64,000 nucleotides of DNA from NCBI GenBank assembly GCA_964035575.1, contig OZ037847.1:806001-870000 (forward strand), given 5' to 3'. The translations under genes and the position numbers were made by a program. Below are positions 59,113 to 64,000 of the stretch, piece by piece; the stretch's first letter is position 1, and each line of letters starts with the position of its first letter. Source of the stretch: Rhynchopus sp. YZ270_cl-10. Taxonomy: Eukaryota. The notes under the pieces are model-generated. The model did no database searches and had not been told where the DNA came from. It saw nothing but the letters and a program-made list of their open reading frames with translations.

Positions 59113-62100
59113 GGAATTAGACCCATATTTGCTGGGTAAACGTCCCGAGGCCACAGCGACCGTGAAAGGGGCTAGCTTTCGATGGCGAAAATTTCGCTAA
59201 GTACCCGAAAAATCCCTAAGGAAAAAGTTGGAAAAAAAGTGTCTCAAAATTGACATCTATTTTTTGACCTTTTTTGCTGGGTAGGTTTGGGTCGGCCGAC
59301 CCGACCCTACTGAGTCGGTTTAAGTCGGATTGGTAGCCTTGGGAATTAGACCCATATTTGCTGGGTAAACGTCCCGAGGCCACAGCGACCGTGAAAGGGG
59401 CTAGCTTTCGATGGCGAAAATTTCGCTAAGTACCCGAAAAATCCCTAAGGAAAAAGTTGGAAAAAAAGTGTCTCAAAATTGACATCTATTTTTTGACCTT
59501 TTTTGCTGGGTAGGTTTGGGTCGGCCGACCCGACCCTACTGAGTCGGTTTAAGTCGGATTGGTAGCCTTGGGAATTAGACCCATATTTGCTGGGTAAACG
59601 TCCCGAGGCCACAGCGACCGTGAAAGGGGCTAGCTTTCGATGGCGAAAATTTCGCTAAGTACCCGAAAAATCCCTAAGGAAAAAGTTGGAAAAAAAGTGT
59701 CTCAAAATTGACATCTATTTTTTGACCTTTTTTGCTGGGTAGGTTTGGGTCGGCCGACCCGACCCTACTGAGTCGGTTTAAGTCGGATTGGTAGCCTTGG
59801 GAATTAGACCCATATTTGCTGGGTAAACGTCCCGAGGCCACAGCGACCGTGAAAGGGGCTAGCTTTCGATGGCGAAAATTTCGCTAAGTACCCGAAAAAT
59901 CCCTAAGGAAAAAGTTGGAAAAAAAGTGTCTCAAAATTGACATCTATTTTTTGACCTTTTTTGCTGGGTAGGTTTGGGTCGGCCGACCCGACCCTACTGA
60001 GTCGGTTTAAGTCGGATTGGTAGCCTTGGGAATTAGACCCATATTTGCTGGGTAAACGTCCCGAGGCCACAGCGACCGTGAAAGGGGCTAGCTTTCGATG
60101 GCGAAAATTTCGCTAAGTACCCGAAAAATCCCTAAGGAAAAAGTTGGAAAAAAAGTGTCTCAAAATTGACATCTATTTTTTGACCTTTTTTGCTGGGTAG
60201 GTTTGGGTCGGCCGACCCGACCCTACTGAGTCGGTTTAAGTCGGATTGGTAGCCTTGGGAATTAGACCCATATTTGCTGGGTAAACGTCCCGAGGCCACA
60301 GCGACCGTGAAAGGGGCTAGCTTTCGATGGCGAAAATTTCGCTAAGTACCCGAAAAATCCCTAAGGAAAAAGTTGGAAAAAAAGTGTCTCAAAATTGACA
60401 TCTATTTTTTGACCTTTTTTGCTGGGTAGGTTTGGGTCGGCCGACCCGACCCTACTGAGTCGGTTTAAGTCGGATTGGTAGCCTTGGGAATTAGACCCAT
60501 ATTTGCTGGGTAAACGTCCCGAGGCCACAGCGACCGTGAAAGGGGCTAGCTTTCGATGGCGAAAATTTCGCTAAGTACCCGAAAAATCCCTAAGGAAAAA
60601 GTTGGAAAAAAAGTGTCTCAAAATTGACATCTATTTTTTGACCTTTTTTGCTGGGTAGGTTTGGGTCGGCCGACCCGACCCTACTGAGTCGGTTTAAGTC
60701 GGATTGGTAGCCTTGGGAATTAGACCCATATTTGCTGGGTAAACGTCCCGAGGCCACAGCGACCGTGAAAGGGGCTAGCTTTCGATGGCGAAAATTTCGC
60801 TAAGTACCCGAAAAATCCCTAAGGAAAAAGTTGGAAAAAAAGTGTCTCAAAATTGACATCTATTTTTTGACCTTTTTTGCTGGGTAGGTTTGGGTCGGCC
60901 GACCCGACCCTACTGAGTCGGTTTAAGTCGGATTGGTAGCCTTGGGAATTAGACCCATATTTGCTGGGTAAACGTCCCGAGGCCACAGCGACCGTGAAAG
61001 GGGCTAGCTTTCGATGGCGAAAATTTCGCTAAGTACCCGAAAAATCCCTAAGGAAAAAGTTGGAAAAAAAGTGTCTCAAAATTGACATCTATTTTTTGAC
61101 CTTTTTTGCTGGGTAGGTTTGGGTCGGCCGACCCGACCCTACTGAGTCGGTTTAAGTCGGATTGGTAGCCTTGGGAATTAGACCCATATTTGCTGGGTAA
61201 ACGTCCCGAGGCCACAGCGACCGTGAAAGGGGCTAGCTTTCGATGGCGAAAATTTCGCTAAGTACCCGAAAAATCCCTAAGGAAAAAGTTGGAAAAAAAG
61301 TGTCTCAAAATTGACATCTATTTTTTGACCTTTTTTGCTGGGTAGGTTTGGGTCGGCCGACCCGACCCTACTGAGTCGGTTTAAGTCGGATTGGTAGCCT
61401 TGGGAATTAGACCCATATTTGCTGGGTAAACGTCCCGAGGCCACAGCGACCGTGAAAGGGGCTAGCTTTCGATGGCGAAAATTTCGCTAAGTACCCGAAA
61501 AATCCCTAAGGAAAAAGTTGGAAAAAAAGTGTCTCAAAATTGACATCTATTTTTTGACCTTTTTTGCTGGGTAGGTTTGGGTCGGCCGACCCGACCCTAC
61601 TGAGTCGGTTTAAGTCGGATTGGTAGCCTTGGGAATTAGACCCATATTTGCTGGGTAAACGTCCCGAGGCCACAGCGACCGTGAAAGGGGCTAGCTTTCG
61701 ATGGCGAAAATTTCGCTAAGTACCCGAAAAATCCCTAAGGAAAAAGTTGGAAAAAAAGTGTCTCAAAATTGACATCTATTTTTTGACCTTTTTTGCTGGG
61801 TAGGTTTGGGTCGGCCGACCCGACCCTACTGAGTCGGTTTAAGTCGGATTGGTAGCCTTGGGAATTAGACCCATATTTGCTGGGTAAACGTCCCGAGGCC
61901 ACAGCGACCGTGAAAGGGGCTAGCTTTCGATGGCGAAAATTTCGCTAAGTACCCGAAAAATCCCTAAGGAAAAAGTTGGAAAAAAAGTGTCTCAAAATTG
62001 ACATCTATTTTTTGACCTTTTTTGCTGGGTAGGTTTGGGTCGGCCGACCCGACCCTACTGAGTCGGTTTAAGTCGGATTGGTAGCCTTGGGAATTAGACC

Positions 62101-64000
62101 CATATTTGCTGGGTAAACGTCCCGAGGCCACAGCGACCGTGAAAGGGGCTAGCTTTCGATGGCGAAAATTTCGCTAAGTACCCGAAAAATCCCTAAGGAA
62201 AAAGTTGGAAAAAAAGTGTCTCAAAATTGACATCTATTTTTTGACCTTTTTTGCTGGGTAGGTTTGGGTCGGCCGACCCGACCCTACTGAGTCGGTTTAA
62301 GTCGGATTGGTAGCCTTGGGAATTAGACCCATATTTGCTGGGTAAACGTCCCGAGGCCACAGCGACCGTGAAAGGGGCTAGCTTTCGATGGCGAAAATTT
62401 CGCTAAGTACCCGAAAAATCCCTAAGGAAAAAGTTGGAAAAAAAGTGTCTCAAAATTGACATCTATTTTTTGACCTTTTTTGCTGGGTAGGTTTGGGTCG
62501 GCCGACCCGACCCTACTGAGTCGGTTTAAGTCGGATTGGTAGCCTTGGGAATTAGACCCATATTTGCTGGGTAAACGTCCCGAGGCCACAGCGACCGTGA
62601 AAGGGGCTAGCTTTCGATGGCGAAAATTTCGCTAAGTACCCGAAAAATCCCTAAGGAAAAAGTTGGAAAAAAAGTGTCTCAAAATTGACATCTATTTTTT
62701 GACCTTTTTTGCTGGGTAGGTTTGGGTCGGCCGACCCGACCCTACTGAGTCGGTTTAAGTCGGATTGGTAGCCTTGGGAATTAGACCCATATTTGCTGGG
62801 TAAACGTCCCGAGGCCACAGCGACCGTGAAAGGGGCTAGCTTTCGATGGCGAAAATTTCGCTAAGTACCCGAAAAATCCCTAAGGAAAAAGTTGGAAAAA
62901 AAGTGTCTCAAAATTGACATCTATTTTTTGACCTTTTTTGCTGGGTAGGTTTGGGTCGGCCGACCCGACCCTACTGAGTCGGTTTAAGTCGGATTGGTAG
63001 CCTTGGGAATTAGACCCATATTTGCTGGGTAAACGTCCCGAGGCCACAGCGACCGTGAAAGGGGCTAGCTTTCGATGGCGAAAATTTCGCTAAGTACCCG
63101 AAAAATCCCTAAGGAAAAAGTTGGAAAAAAAGTGTCTCAAAATTGACATCTATTTTTTGACCTTTTTTGCTGGGTAGGTTTGGGTCGGCCGACCCGACCC
63201 TACTGAGTCGGTTTAAGTCGGATTGGTAGCCTTGGGAATTAGACCCATATTTGCTGGGTAAACGTCCCGAGGCCACAGCGACCGTGAAAGGGGCTAGCTT
63301 TCGATGGCGAAAATTTCGCTAAGTACCCGAAAAATCCCTAAGGAAAAAGTTGGAAAAAAAGTGTCTCAAAATTGACATCTATTTTTTGACCTTTTTTGCT
63401 GGGTAGGTTTGGGTCGGCCGACCCGACCCTACTGAGTCGGTTTAAGTCGGATTGGTAGCCTTGGGAATTAGACCCATATTTGCTGGGTAAACGTCCCGAG
63501 GCCACAGCGACCGTGAAAGGGGCTAGCTTTCGATGGCGAAAATTTCGCTAAGTACCCGAAAAATCCCTAAGGAAAAAGTTGGAAAAAAAGTGTCTCAAAA
63601 TTGACATCTATTTTTTGACCTTTTTTGCTGGGTAGGTTTGGGTCGGCCGACCCGACCCTACTGAGTCGGTTTAAGTCGGATTGGTAGCCTTGGGAATTAG
63701 ACCCATATTTGCTGGGTAAACGTCCCGAGGCCACAGCGACCGTGAAAGGGGCTAGCTTTCGATGGCGAAAATTTCGCTAAGTACCCGAAAAATCCCTAAG
63801 GAAAAAGTTGGAAAAAAAGTGTCTCAAAATTGACATCTATTTTTTGACCTTTTTTGCTGGGTAGGTTTGGGTCGGCCGACCCGACCCTACTGAGTCGGTT
63901 TAAGTCGGATTGGTAGCCTTGGGAATTAGACCCATATTTGCTGGGTAAACGTCCCGAGGCCACAGCGACCGTGAAAGGGGCTAGCTTTCGATGGCGAAAA
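58908..64000. repeat. Tandem satellite, 229-bp unit, at least 22 apparently identical copies, runs off the window end
   Basis: Unit start TAAACGTCCCGAGG at 58908, 59137, 59366 and onward (period 229); no differences between copies seen by eye. Confidence 0.98.

Noticed and set aside
58908..64000. CRISPR array, or SL-RNA/5S tandem gene array
   Set aside because: Units are identical with no unique spacers, and no spliced-leader exon (..TTTCTGTACTTTATTG) or 5S-like sequence was seen in the unit.

Overview
Eukaryotic nuclear DNA, most likely a euglenozoan and probably a diplonemid (inference). All credible protein genes (about 17) lie on the minus strand as one unidirectional cluster, some with GT-AG introns, separated by poly-A/T-rich spacers. 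Recognisable products are a CCCH zinc-finger protein, a 3-exon euglenozoan-type ATPase inhibitor IF1, a TSNAXIP1-like protein, a DUF676 hydrolase, a 2OG-Fe(II) oxygenase, an S28 prolyl carboxypeptidase, an SDR, a CaiB/BaiF CoA-transferase, a cNMP-binding protein, 5-exon CFAP45, a prolyl 4-hydroxylase and a 4-exon WSC-WSC-GDT1-like fusion. The most striking unexplained signal is a set of five short stem-loop families (A-E, about 45 copies counted by eye). They are scattered in variable order through introns, 3' UTRs and spacers, every recognised copy is in the gene-sense orientation, none lies in a CDS, and they show compensatory changes and mostly minus-strand G:U pairs. This suggests an undescribed pre-mRNA cis-element or small-RNA system. 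The cluster begins at a block of nested non-autonomous DNA transposons (53.7-58.9 kb). That block holds two MITEs with the same core but different TIRs and 7-bp TSDs, and a foldback palindrome. It is followed by a 229-bp satellite, built from a transposon right end, that runs off the window. All coordinates, counts and alignments were made by eye; no searches were run.
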